From the IMG/VR virus record IMGVR_UViG_3300044644_000283, positions 519-64,518 of that record: DNA of 64,000 nt. The stretch is one strand, 5' to 3'. How positions within the stretch are numbered: position 1 is the stretch's first letter; each line of letters begins with the position of its first letter. Below the pieces are notes generated by a model. It was not told where the DNA came from. It worked only from the letters and a program-made list of their open reading frames with translations, and searched no databases. Below, piece after piece: positions 19,223-26,815 of the stretch. Position numbers and translations under genes: made by a program. This stretch comes from a virus. Taxonomy: Duplodnaviria; Caudoviricetes.

Positions 19223-19660
19223 ATGAATCCGAAATACAATGATAGTGATGTTACTACAGAATTGCAAGTGCTATCACAAATTATTTTTGGTGAGCCAGCC
19301 TCGAAAGCAAATTCGCGCAGGGTTGTACGCTTCGGTGGTATGTCTAGACTGATTAAGTCTAAGAAAGCATTAAGTTACTCTGATGTTTTTAAACAACAGT
19401 GCAAGCCATTGGCTACTCTAATGACAGGGGACTTGCGGGTTACTCTGCATATTTTCTATGCGTCACGTAGACCCGACTTGGATGAGAGCCTGATCTTGGA
19501 TCTGATGCAGGGTCTAATATATGAGAACGACCGTCAGGTCAAAGAGCGTCATTGTTACTGGGGTCTTGATCCTGAGAACCCAAGGGCTGAGATCATCATT
19601 GAAAAGATCCCTGAGGTTGCCCCGAAAAAAAACCCCGTCAAGCGTACCGGACGGGGTTAA
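19223..19660 (+). CDS. rusA: RusA-like Holliday junction resolvase
   Basis: GEPASKANSRR...RPDLD..LILDLMQGLIYENDRQV; start may be GTG at 19268. Confidence 0.8.
   Translation: MNPKYNDSDVTTELQVLSQIIFGEPASKANSRRVVRFGGMSRLIKSKKALSYSDVFKQQCKPLATLMTGDLRVTLHIFYASRRPDLDESLILDLMQGLIYENDRQVKERHCYWGLDPENPRAEIIIEKIPEVAPKKNPVKRTGRG
19625..19658 (-). terminator. Intrinsic terminator for a short leftward transcript
   Basis: AACCCCGTC/GACGGGGTT stem with a U-run only on the minus strand. Confidence 0.6.
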
Positions 19661-19708
19661 CCCAACATAGCAACTGCTGAGGAGAGAAAGGATCAACAAG
19701 CAACCTAG
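19625..19708 (-). ncRNA. Candidate sRNA of about 80 nt carrying anti-SD sequence UUUCUCUCCUC
   Basis: Minus-strand CTGACA-18-TATACT promoter (19743-19714), then no start codon, then terminator. Confidence 0.45.
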
Positions 19709-19881
19709 CCCTCAGTATAAATTAGTTTCGTCAGTTTTGTCAGTGACATTTTTAAGGATTAACGTGGCAAAAGGCGGTAAAAGCGGTGCTGCAAATGTTT
19801 AAACGTCTATTTATCGTCCGCCGGGCGTAGTTTTTAATGTTTAAACGCCAAACCGGGTAGCAGCGTGAAACTCTTGTTTTA

Positions 19882-19915
19882 ATGTCCTGCATGTCCTGCA
19901 TGTCCTGCATGTCCT
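19882..19915. repeat. Tandem 9-mer repeat (ATGTCCTGC) x3.8
   Basis: Copies at 19882, 19891, 19900 and partial at 19909. Confidence 0.9.
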
Positions 19916-19936
19916 AAAAATATTTTTAAAAAGGTG

Positions 19937-19967
19937 TTGACAGACACCAGACTGTTAGTGCTAAACT
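19937..19967 (+). promoter_or_regulatory. Sigma70-like promoter
   Basis: TTGACA-19 bp-TAAACT with extended TG and upstream AT-rich tract. Confidence 0.55.
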
Positions 19968-19973
19968 ATAGTT

Positions 19974-20075
19974 GTTGCCGTAGGAAGCGACGATTGAAAG
20001 CCGTTATGCATGCTCTCGCCCTTGGTTTTTGCCGCAGGGTTCCTACCGAGGGCAGTCGTAACGGCTTTTTTTTGT
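19974..20075 (+). ncRNA. c4-like structured RNA / attenuator
   Basis: Hairpin loop GTAGGAA complementary to TTCCTAC; closing stem AAAGCCGTTA/TAACGGCTTT followed by a U-run. Confidence 0.5.
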
Positions 20076-20078
20076 TTC

Positions 20079-20171
20079 GGAACTAGGTCGGGTGGTGGGT
20101 TAGCGCCATCACAGATTCAACAATCGGACGAATGCTAAAAGCACACTGCTTTATGTGGCCGATCTAGTTCC
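20079..20171 (+). ncRNA. Candidate multibranch structured RNA
   Basis: 13-bp closing stem GGAACTAGGTCGG/CCGATCTAGTTCC with internal hairpins. Confidence 0.45.
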
Positions 20172-20441
20172 TCCCCCCTACTACGACAACTCGCAGGCGA
20201 TGCGGTACGTCGGTGGTCGCCTGTTAAATAACCCTGTTACACGAGCAAGCCAAAGCAGGGAGCGTGGGCGAAACCTAGAGCGCGGTGGTTGAAATAGTCT
20301 GGGTTAGTGCGAGGTGATGACATGGCTCCGAAGGGGAAATCACAGCACAGTGCGAACCTTGGTTATGACCACGGTAAGGCTGTGCTTTGTTCAAACATTC
20401 ACCAAAGGGGAAACACAGGCTTATATACGGAGGCACTCAGG

Positions 20442-20909
20442 ATGAGATTGTGTCAGTGTGGAGGACAAGTACAACAAGGACAACTCACCGGAAACCGTGA
20501 GTCGTGGAGTTGTAAAGTGTGTGGTCGTTATGAAATATTAAAACAAGGAGAGAAGATGAACGAAGAGGATGTATTCAGCCTTGCAGACAAAGCGGGGCTT
20601 GGATTTGTAAAGCACGCAGACCCTAAGGACATTGTGAAGTTCAAACGCTTTGCCGCCCTTGTTGCAGAACGCGAGTATGAGCGTGGCGTGATTGACGGTA
20701 GACAGATACAAATGCAGTCTAGCGTGGACAAGGCGGTCAACGCCATGACACAGCCAACTTATTACATTCCAAACAAAGATGATCGCTTATGGGTTGGGCT
20801 GACGGATGAAGACAAGAATGAAATTTTGCTAGATGCAGTTCGGCATGGATGGAATGACCGCCTGATAGTGGAGCAAATAGAAGCCAAACTCAAGGAGAAG
20901 AACACATGA
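20442..20909 (+). CDS. Hypothetical protein (Zn-ribbon N-terminus; WVGLTDE...IEAKLKEKNT family)
   Basis: SD GGAGG before ATG 20442; second in-frame SD and ATG at 20556. Confidence 0.6.
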   Translation: MRLCQCGGQVQQGQLTGNRESWSCKVCGRYEILKQGEKMNEEDVFSLADKAGLGFVKHADPKDIVKFKRFAALVAEREYERGVIDGRQIQMQSSVDKAVNAMTQPTYYIPNKDDRLWVGLTDEDKNEILLDAVRHGWNDRLIVEQIEAKLKEKNT

Positions 20910-21109
20910 AGCAACGTGTTTACACAGTGGGCGTAGGTGATCAGGTCAGACTGATCCGTGCATCCAACCGCAGACAAGCGATAGCGCATGTGTCATTAGG
21001 GATTATGACAATACGAGTTGCCACACAAGAAGACATAATTAACCAACTAGATAAAGGAATACCTATCGAAAACTACACAGCACCTGAACAAATTGAATTA
21101 GACATTTAA
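20906..21109 (+). CDS. Hypothetical protein
   Basis: RLIRA....QAIAHV...VATQED; ATGA coupling. Confidence 0.65.
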   Translation: MKQRVYTVGVGDQVRLIRASNRRQAIAHVSLGIMTIRVATQEDIINQLDKGIPIENYTAPEQIELDI

Positions 21110-21130
21110 ACAACTTAACTGGAGATAACC

Positions 21131-21607
21131 ATGGATCTTGCACAACTGCGGTCTAACTGGGAACATACAAAGCAGAATGACGGTGGACACTGTCCGGTCT
21201 GCGATCGTTGGGGAAAGATTTACCCACGTGGCATCAATCGCACAATGGCGCGTTCTTTAATTTGGCTTGCCGCGCAAAGCCAAGCCGGTAACTGGGTGGA
21301 TGTACCCAACACCGCACCCGCATGGGTACTACGTTCCAACCAACTGCCAACGCTCCGTTGGTGGGACTTGGTGGAACGCAATGACACAGCCAAAAGCGCA
21401 GATAACAAACACTCAGGCATGTGGAGAGCCACAGAGTACGGCAAACAATTTGCGGAAAACAAATTATCAGCCCCAAGCAAGGTGTTTACATACAATGGTG
21501 AAGTGGTCGCCAAAAGCACAGAGATGTGCACTATCGTGTCTTGCTTTGAATACGATTTTGACTACCATGAGGTTTTCAATTCATTTCGTAACTACGACAC
21601 CAAATAG
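21131..21607 (+). CDS. Hypothetical protein (CPVC, possible winged helix)
   Basis: SD GGAG; LRWWDLVE..SGMWRATEYG. Confidence 0.6.
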   Translation: MDLAQLRSNWEHTKQNDGGHCPVCDRWGKIYPRGINRTMARSLIWLAAQSQAGNWVDVPNTAPAWVLRSNQLPTLRWWDLVERNDTAKSADNKHSGMWRATEYGKQFAENKLSAPSKVFTYNGEVVAKSTEMCTIVSCFEYDFDYHEVFNSFRNYDTK

Positions 21608-21615
21608 GACGCACC

Positions 21616-21867
21616 ATGCCACGCAACTACAAACAAGAGTATGCCAACTACGACGGCACTGAGGCCGTCAAAAAGAAACGCGCACAACGTAACAAAGCAC
21701 GTCGAATGCTTGAGCGTGAGGGGGTTGTGCATAAAGGAGATGGCAAAGACGTTGACCACAAAAAACCCCTGAGCAAGGGGGGTACAACGGTCATCAGCAA
21801 TCTCCGCGTTAAGCCCGCAGCGGCCAACCGTTCGTTTAAACGTAACGCAGATGGCAGTATGAAATGA
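21616..21867 (+). CDS. Small HNH endonuclease-like protein
   Basis: RNKARR...GDGKDVDHKKPLSKGG....NLRV...NRS. Confidence 0.75.
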   Translation: MPRNYKQEYANYDGTEAVKKKRAQRNKARRMLEREGVVHKGDGKDVDHKKPLSKGGTTVISNLRVKPAAANRSFKRNADGSMK

Positions 21868-23549
21868 ACCCTGCCTTCGTGGAGCAATTCCACTTCAACG
21901 AGTCAACGAGGGTAGCTTGCCCTTATTGTTCTCATGAACGCAAGAAGGGTAAATCAAAGGACATGACCCTAACCCGCAAAGAAGACGGGGCGGTCGTGTT
22001 CCATTGCCATCATTGCCAAACAAGCGGATCAGTACAACCCCAACAACAGGAGAGAAAATTGTCAGCAGTACCCAACCCAACCATCGTATCGCATAAGCTA
22101 CAAGCAACGCATTACGATTGGTTAGCCCAACGTGGCATATCAAAACAAACCGCAGACAAGATGAAATTGTTTGCGGCTGAAAAGTATTTCAGCAAGCTAG
22201 GCAAGAACGCAGATGCCATTGGCTTTCCATACTACCGTCAGGGCGCATTGGTGGCGGCCAAGTACCGTTCATTTCCTGAGAAGGACTTCACTCAGGACTC
22301 AGGCGGTGCACACGACTTCTTTGGTATCGATCTAGTCCGCAAGGGCGAACCTCTGATCATCGTAGAAGGCGAGGTGGACTGCTTGACCCTACTCGAACTA
22401 GGCATCGACAACGTAGTCAGCGTACCAAGCGGTGCACCCATCAAAGTCGCAGATGGCAAGGTTCTGCCCTCCGAAGACAAACGCTTTGCCTATGTATGGA
22501 ACGCACGTGAGATCATCGATGCCGCACCCTACGTAGTCCTAGCCACAGACCAAGACACCGCAGGGCAAGCCCTCGCAGAAGAACTGGCACGTCGCATCGG
22601 CAAAGAGAAATGCCGTCTGGCTAAGTTTGCCAAGAAGGATTTAAACGAAGTACATCTTGACGACCCAACTCGGACAGGCGAGGTGTTTAAAGTTATTGAT
22701 TCTGCCGCTGCATATCCAATTTCTGGAATCAGCGACGCAGCTACGTACTTTGATCGTTTAAACGATCTATACAACAAGGGCACGGGCAAGGGATTCTCAA
22801 CGGGCTATTCATCGGTCGATGAGATTTACACGGTAGCACCGGCACAGTTAACGGTGGTCACCGGTTATCCATCATCGGGTAAGTCCAACTTCATCGATCA
22901 GGTGATGGTTAATCTAGCGCAGAGCCATGACTGGAAGTTTGCGGTGTGTTCATTTGAGAATCAGCCTGAGATACACATCAGCCGATTGATGGAGATCTAC
23001 ACACGCAAGCGTTTCTTTGAAGGCCGTGACAGGATGACGGAGCAGGAGAAGGAGAAGGCGTTTAAATTCGTCAAAGATCATTTCCTGTTCATCGATACAA
23101 ACGGAGAAGAGCCAAGCACTTTGGATTCCATCTTGGAGCGTGCGCGTGCCGCTGTTAAACGCATGGGTGTGCGCGGCCTGATCATTGACCCATATAACTA
23201 CATTGAGCTACCACGTGGGGACGGCACAGAAACAGCCGCCATCAGCGACATGCTGACACGTGTTCAGAAGTTCTGCAAAGCCCATGACGTGCACACGTGG
23301 TTCATTGCACACCCCTCTAAGATCACCCGCCAAGGCGTTGAACAGCCACGCCCTGACGGTATGTCCATTGCCGGATCGATGGCATGGTGGGCAAAAACGG
23401 ATTGCGGTATCACGGTGCACCGTAAGGAACACCACGTTGAAATCGCAGTATGGAAGTGCCGCTACCGTTGGGTAGGGACACAAGGTGAAACAACAATGCT
23501 CTACAACAAAACAGCGGGCACTTACTCGGAGAATCTCGATGCCTTTTGA
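21864..23549 (+). CDS. Primase-helicase, T7 gp4/Twinkle-like
   Basis: CPYC..CHHC Zn domain, TOPRIM EGEVD and DQD, Walker A GYPSSGKS, IIDPYN, IAHP. Confidence 0.9.
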   Translation: MNPAFVEQFHFNESTRVACPYCSHERKKGKSKDMTLTRKEDGAVVFHCHHCQTSGSVQPQQQERKLSAVPNPTIVSHKLQATHYDWLAQRGISKQTADKMKLFAAEKYFSKLGKNADAIGFPYYRQGALVAAKYRSFPEKDFTQDSGGAHDFFGIDLVRKGEPLIIVEGEVDCLTLLELGIDNVVSVPSGAPIKVADGKVLPSEDKRFAYVWNAREIIDAAPYVVLATDQDTAGQALAEELARRIGKEKCRLAKFAKKDLNEVHLDDPTRTGEVFKVIDSAAAYPISGISDAATYFDRLNDLYNKGTGKGFSTGYSSVDEIYTVAPAQLTVVTGYPSSGKSNFIDQVMVNLAQSHDWKFAVCSFENQPEIHISRLMEIYTRKRFFEGRDRMTEQEKEKAFKFVKDHFLFIDTNGEEPSTLDSILERARAAVKRMGVRGLIIDPYNYIELPRGDGTETAAISDMLTRVQKFCKAHDVHTWFIAHPSKITRQGVEQPRPDGMSIAGSMAWWAKTDCGITVHRKEHHVEIAVWKCRYRWVGTQGETTMLYNKTAGTYSENLDAF

Positions 23550-23856
23550 TCAACGTTTAAACGACGATGGCTCACCAGATGAGCCACTTACATTACGTGA
23601 ACACCTTTCCCTGCTGTTCGAGGGTCTGCTGTTCCTGACAGAGGCTAAGTTTGATGAGGCCATCGTTGGTGTGGCCGATCGAATCGGCATGGACACGGTC
23701 GTTGTCTATGACACAACAAAGATCATTGACATCCTAGAAGAGGAAGGCATGGATCGGGAGGAGGCCACAGAATATTACGAGTTCAATATTATTGGGGCTT
23801 ATGTCGGGACACGTACCCCGATGTTCATAAGTTTGGTTGATGACTTAGCGCTATAA
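23539..23856 (+). CDS. Conserved hypothetical phage protein
   Basis: DEAIVG...VVYD...EEATEYYEFNIIGAYVG..TP. Confidence 0.7.
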   Translation: MPFDQRLNDDGSPDEPLTLREHLSLLFEGLLFLTEAKFDEAIVGVADRIGMDTVVVYDTTKIIDILEEEGMDREEATEYYEFNIIGAYVGTRTPMFISLVDDLAL

Positions 23857-23881
23857 AAAAAGGGGCTTCATGCCCCTTTTG
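23855..23881. terminator. Bidirectional intrinsic terminator
   Basis: AAAAGGGGC-TTCAT-GCCCCTTTT between convergent operons. Confidence 0.8.
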
Positions 23882-23913
23882 TTTAAACATTGCCAGCAGC
23901 CGCTGCTGGTAGG

Positions 23914-24156
23914 TTAACTGTTTAAACGAGCGTAGAACACTGCACGGGTGATGGAGTCGTAAGCACCGCAGTAACGAGGCACACGGTTCTGCCCCATCTT
24001 GTAAACCTTCCACGCATCAGGCGAATACTTGATGTAGCGTTCTCCGGTCTTGATGAAGCGTTCGTGGTTCATGAGATCGATTAGGTTATCGTATTTGTAG
24101 GCGGCTTTAAGAAAGTCGGGACGGTGGTCGGTGATGGTCTTGATCTTGATCATCAA
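23914..24156 (-). CDS. Hypothetical protein
   Basis: Last ORF of the leftward early operon, coupled. Confidence 0.6.
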   Translation of the reverse strand: MMIKIKTITDHRPDFLKAAYKYDNLIDLMNHERFIKTGERYIKYSPDAWKVYKMGQNRVPRYCGAYDSITRAVFYARLNS

Positions 24157-24392
24157 TGCACCTCATCCGACTTAGGACGCATGAAGCGTTCCATCTCATA
24201 GGTGGCACTGACCACGGCAAGGATCTCATCCTTGTCATAGTCTGCGGTCACAGCAAGACCCATCGCGGCCTTGAACAGAATGCCGATCAGCGACTCGGCA
24301 TCAAGCTCTGACTGGTGCATGAAGTCCACAAGCTCACGGTATCTCAGGCCAAGGTGTTCAAGCTCGGCCTGATCCATCTGTCTAATTTTCAT
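24153..24392 (-). CDS. Hypothetical protein
   Basis: MKIRQ start after GGAG. Confidence 0.6.
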   Translation of the reverse strand: MKIRQMDQAELEHLGLRYRELVDFMHQSELDAESLIGILFKAAMGLAVTADYDKDEILAVVSATYEMERFMRPKSDEVH

Positions 24393-24627
24393 CGCTGTTC
24401 TCCACAAAACGCACAATGGATTTTGCCTGTTCATCAAACTGCATCATTTGAATAATCTCATACATCAATGGGGCACAGGCAATCAATCGAGCGTTGGTGC
24501 GGGCAGTTTCAATCGGGATGTTTTTGTTAGAGCATCGTGCAATTAAACTGCGGCCGTATTTATTCGGGTAACTCCAAACACTTGAACCGCCTACAACCCA
24601 CGGGTATTCTGATACGTGTTTAAACAT
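24382..24627 (-). CDS. Hypothetical protein, NARLIAxAP family
   Basis: PW...IA...NARLIACAPLM motif; SD GGAGG. Confidence 0.7.
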   Translation of the reverse strand: MFKHVSEYPWVVGGSSVWSYPNKYGRSLIARCSNKNIPIETARTNARLIACAPLMYEIIQMMQFDEQAKSIVRFVENSDEN

Positions 24628-24628
24628 C

Positions 24629-24718
24629 TTATGGCCTCCAGTAAAACAAATCAAACATTACGACAATCAGGCCAAGCATAAACAAGGCACGTTCTAGTTT
24701 CTCCCAAGGTGTCATCAT
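24629..24718 (-). CDS. Very small membrane peptide
   Basis: MMTPWEKLERALFMLGLIVVMFDLFYWRP*; fills the operon gap. Confidence 0.5.
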   Translation of the reverse strand: MMTPWEKLERALFMLGLIVVMFDLFYWRP

Positions 24719-24945
24719 TTGTCAGACCTCCGGTCACCGTAAAGGGTTTCGATGGCGGCATCGATGGAATCCCAATTGATACCAATGTTGGCATCATGTG
24801 ATCGAGCGACAAGCTTCAGCACCTCCACGCATTCCTCATCGAATAACTCAAAGCCCCAACCGTCCTCAAGCCTTGCTTGGACATCGTATATGTCCCAGTC
24901 ATTACGCAAAACCCAACCGTCATGTGTTTCAACCATGTGTGCCAT
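24715..24945 (-). CDS. Hypothetical protein
   Basis: W...DV...HDANIGINW motif; SD GAGGAG. Confidence 0.65.
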   Translation of the reverse strand: MAHMVETHDGWVLRNDWDIYDVQARLEDGWGFELFDEECVEVLKLVARSHDANIGINWDSIDAAIETLYGDRRSDK

Positions 24946-24946
24946 G

Positions 24947-25111
24947 TTATTGCTCCTCTGCGCTGTAGATTTTCCAGTCGCCATCATCACCGCCAATAAA
25001 TTCTGACCCATCCATGTCTTGGGCGATGGCCATAGCTTCAGCCTCGCTGTTGGCCTCCACGTGGGCATAAAGGTAGGTTTCCATCACTGCCCAAACTTTG
25101 TACGTTTTCAT
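24947..25111 (-). CDS. Small acidic protein (54 aa)
   Basis: MKTYKV...VEANSEAEAMAIA; SD AAGGAG. Confidence 0.6.
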   Translation of the reverse strand: MKTYKVWAVMETYLYAHVEANSEAEAMAIAQDMDGSEFIGGDDGDWKIYSAEEQ

Positions 25112-25153
25112 TTGTTCTCTCCTTTAGTTACGGTCATCAAGGGGTAACCCCCC

Positions 25154-25813
25154 TCAGGCGGCAAGCTTCAGCTTGGTAAAGGCGACAGTGCCTAAGTCGT
25201 TGACGTTGTCCACACGTACGGCATTGGGGTAGACATGAGCCACTGGTTGCAGAATGCCGATGCCAATGGTTGTGATGCCAAGGCGTGTGCCTGATTCGCA
25301 CTGGGCACGTGTTGCGTCCGGCTCACCCTCACCGTCAGTCAGCACAAAGCACACCCTGCGGGCTTCAGGTCTGCGGAGCAACATGCCGTGAGCAAACTGC
25401 ACGGCCGCATAGTCGTTGGTGCTACCCTGAGTCACCGTGCACTCAAGCAAGCCCTTGGTTTTCTTGGCTGGCATGTTCCAAGGTTTAAACACTGACACGG
25501 TGTGATTGAAGGTCACCACAGCGGTAGGCACTCCGGCCTGTGACAGGGTATCGATCAAAGCGTAGGCCACTTGCACGGCATTGGCCATGCGTTCGGGTTC
25601 ATCACCCATTGAACCGGAGCAGTCCAAAACAATGCACACGGCAGAGTCGATACCTGCGGTTTCTGTCCTACGTTTAAACAGGCGGTCAGTCTGGCCGTAT
25701 GACGACAAGGCGTTGACGTTCAGTGAGCCAGTCTTGCGGTTGATGTTGAATTCCTCAGTGCCTGAGTTCTCAAACATGGTGCGGATCTCATAGCGAAGCT
25801 TTGCGGGGATCAT
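25154..25813 (-). CDS. VWA-domain protein (CobT C-terminal-like)
   Basis: MIDAS motif LDCSGSM, VLTDG, GIGI; own SD TAAGGA. Confidence 0.85.
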   Translation of the reverse strand: MIPAKLRYEIRTMFENSGTEEFNINRKTGSLNVNALSSYGQTDRLFKRRTETAGIDSAVCIVLDCSGSMGDEPERMANAVQVAYALIDTLSQAGVPTAVVTFNHTVSVFKPWNMPAKKTKGLLECTVTQGSTNDYAAVQFAHGMLLRRPEARRVCFVLTDGEGEPDATRAQCESGTRLGITTIGIGILQPVAHVYPNAVRVDNVNDLGTVAFTKLKLAA

Positions 25814-25824
25814 GATGGCAGTCC

Positions 25825-26805
25825 TTAGAAGTTAATTTTCCAACGCTTGGTAGCACCGATGTGATGGCCATCCTTGGCCACTGCCCAGTTGCTGACAGAT
25901 CCGGCCTGACGTGAACCCTCAGGCACATCGGCCTTGGGTTCAGTAGAGCGGGGCTTGTAGATGGTTGACACTTTGCCCTTGGGGGTCATGCGTTCTGCTT
26001 TGACTGGTGAGCGGGCTTCGCCCACGTCTGAGCCGTTTTTGTCCTCAGTTGGGGTGTCACCCTCACCCTGTCCCTGATCGGGGCTTGTAGGGCCATCTGA
26101 TGCGTTTGAGGGGGCATCTTGGCCGGACTGGTCAGCACCTGACTGGTCTTGCTTGGTCTGTTCGGGTTGTTGTGGTTGTTGCGGTTGACCAAGCTGACGC
26201 AGTTCATCAAACACCCACTCAGCCAACAGCCATGTGTCATACGTAGACTGGCACTTGTTTAAACGCAAGCAAGCTTCATCAAAGATTGGTTGCAAGCCAT
26301 TAGCCAATGGCACTTTGACTGTCGCATGCTTACGTGCATAGACGGCCAAGGCAAAGGGATACTGTGCAGGGTGTGACCAGTCGGTCACCTCGGCCAAGCC
26401 CTCACGTGCCATGTTGTCAATCAGGGTGCGGAGCAAACCCTCTGCATTGCCTGTCAGGCGTTCGGCAATTGCACGGTTCTCAATGTATGCGTCCTCAAGG
26501 CCATTGTGCAATTGCACAAGGTAGTGCACCTTGTTGTTGTCAATGGCATTGAACTGGGTGAACTTGCGGTGAAGCAACTCATGCAGGGCAAAACCTGTGA
26601 ACCGTTCGAGGTCAAAGCGGGTCAGCACTGCGTCATCTGCAATGTTGGTGATGTAGATCTGCCCATGGCGGTCAATGGCGGCAGTGGGGATCTCATCCTT
26701 GAAGGTCACGTAGACACGCTCCAAGCCAAGGTCAGCGGCAATTTTGTAGATGGCTGTGGTCAGGGCAGACTTGAATTCCCAACCAAAATATTTTGCTTTA
26801 TGCAT
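25825..26805 (-). CDS. CobT N-terminal-like zincin domain protein
   Basis: HELLH...NGLEDAYIE followed by a Q/D/G low-complexity linker. Confidence 0.75.
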   Translation of the reverse strand: MHKAKYFGWEFKSALTTAIYKIAADLGLERVYVTFKDEIPTAAIDRHGQIYITNIADDAVLTRFDLERFTGFALHELLHRKFTQFNAIDNNKVHYLVQLHNGLEDAYIENRAIAERLTGNAEGLLRTLIDNMAREGLAEVTDWSHPAQYPFALAVYARKHATVKVPLANGLQPIFDEACLRLNKCQSTYDTWLLAEWVFDELRQLGQPQQPQQPEQTKQDQSGADQSGQDAPSNASDGPTSPDQGQGEGDTPTEDKNGSDVGEARSPVKAERMTPKGKVSTIYKPRSTEPKADVPEGSRQAGSVSNWAVAKDGHHIGATKRWKINF

Positions 26806-26815
26806 GGTCATTCCC

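Noticed and set aside
20307-20441. GTG-start N-terminal extension of the 20307..20909 ORF
   Set aside because: No SD, overlaps a strongly structured region; better starts exist at 20442 and 20556
25813-25827. Frameshift or pseudogene between the CobT N-terminal and VWA ORFs
   Set aside because: The downstream ORF has its own SD and ATG, and both catalytic motifs are intact
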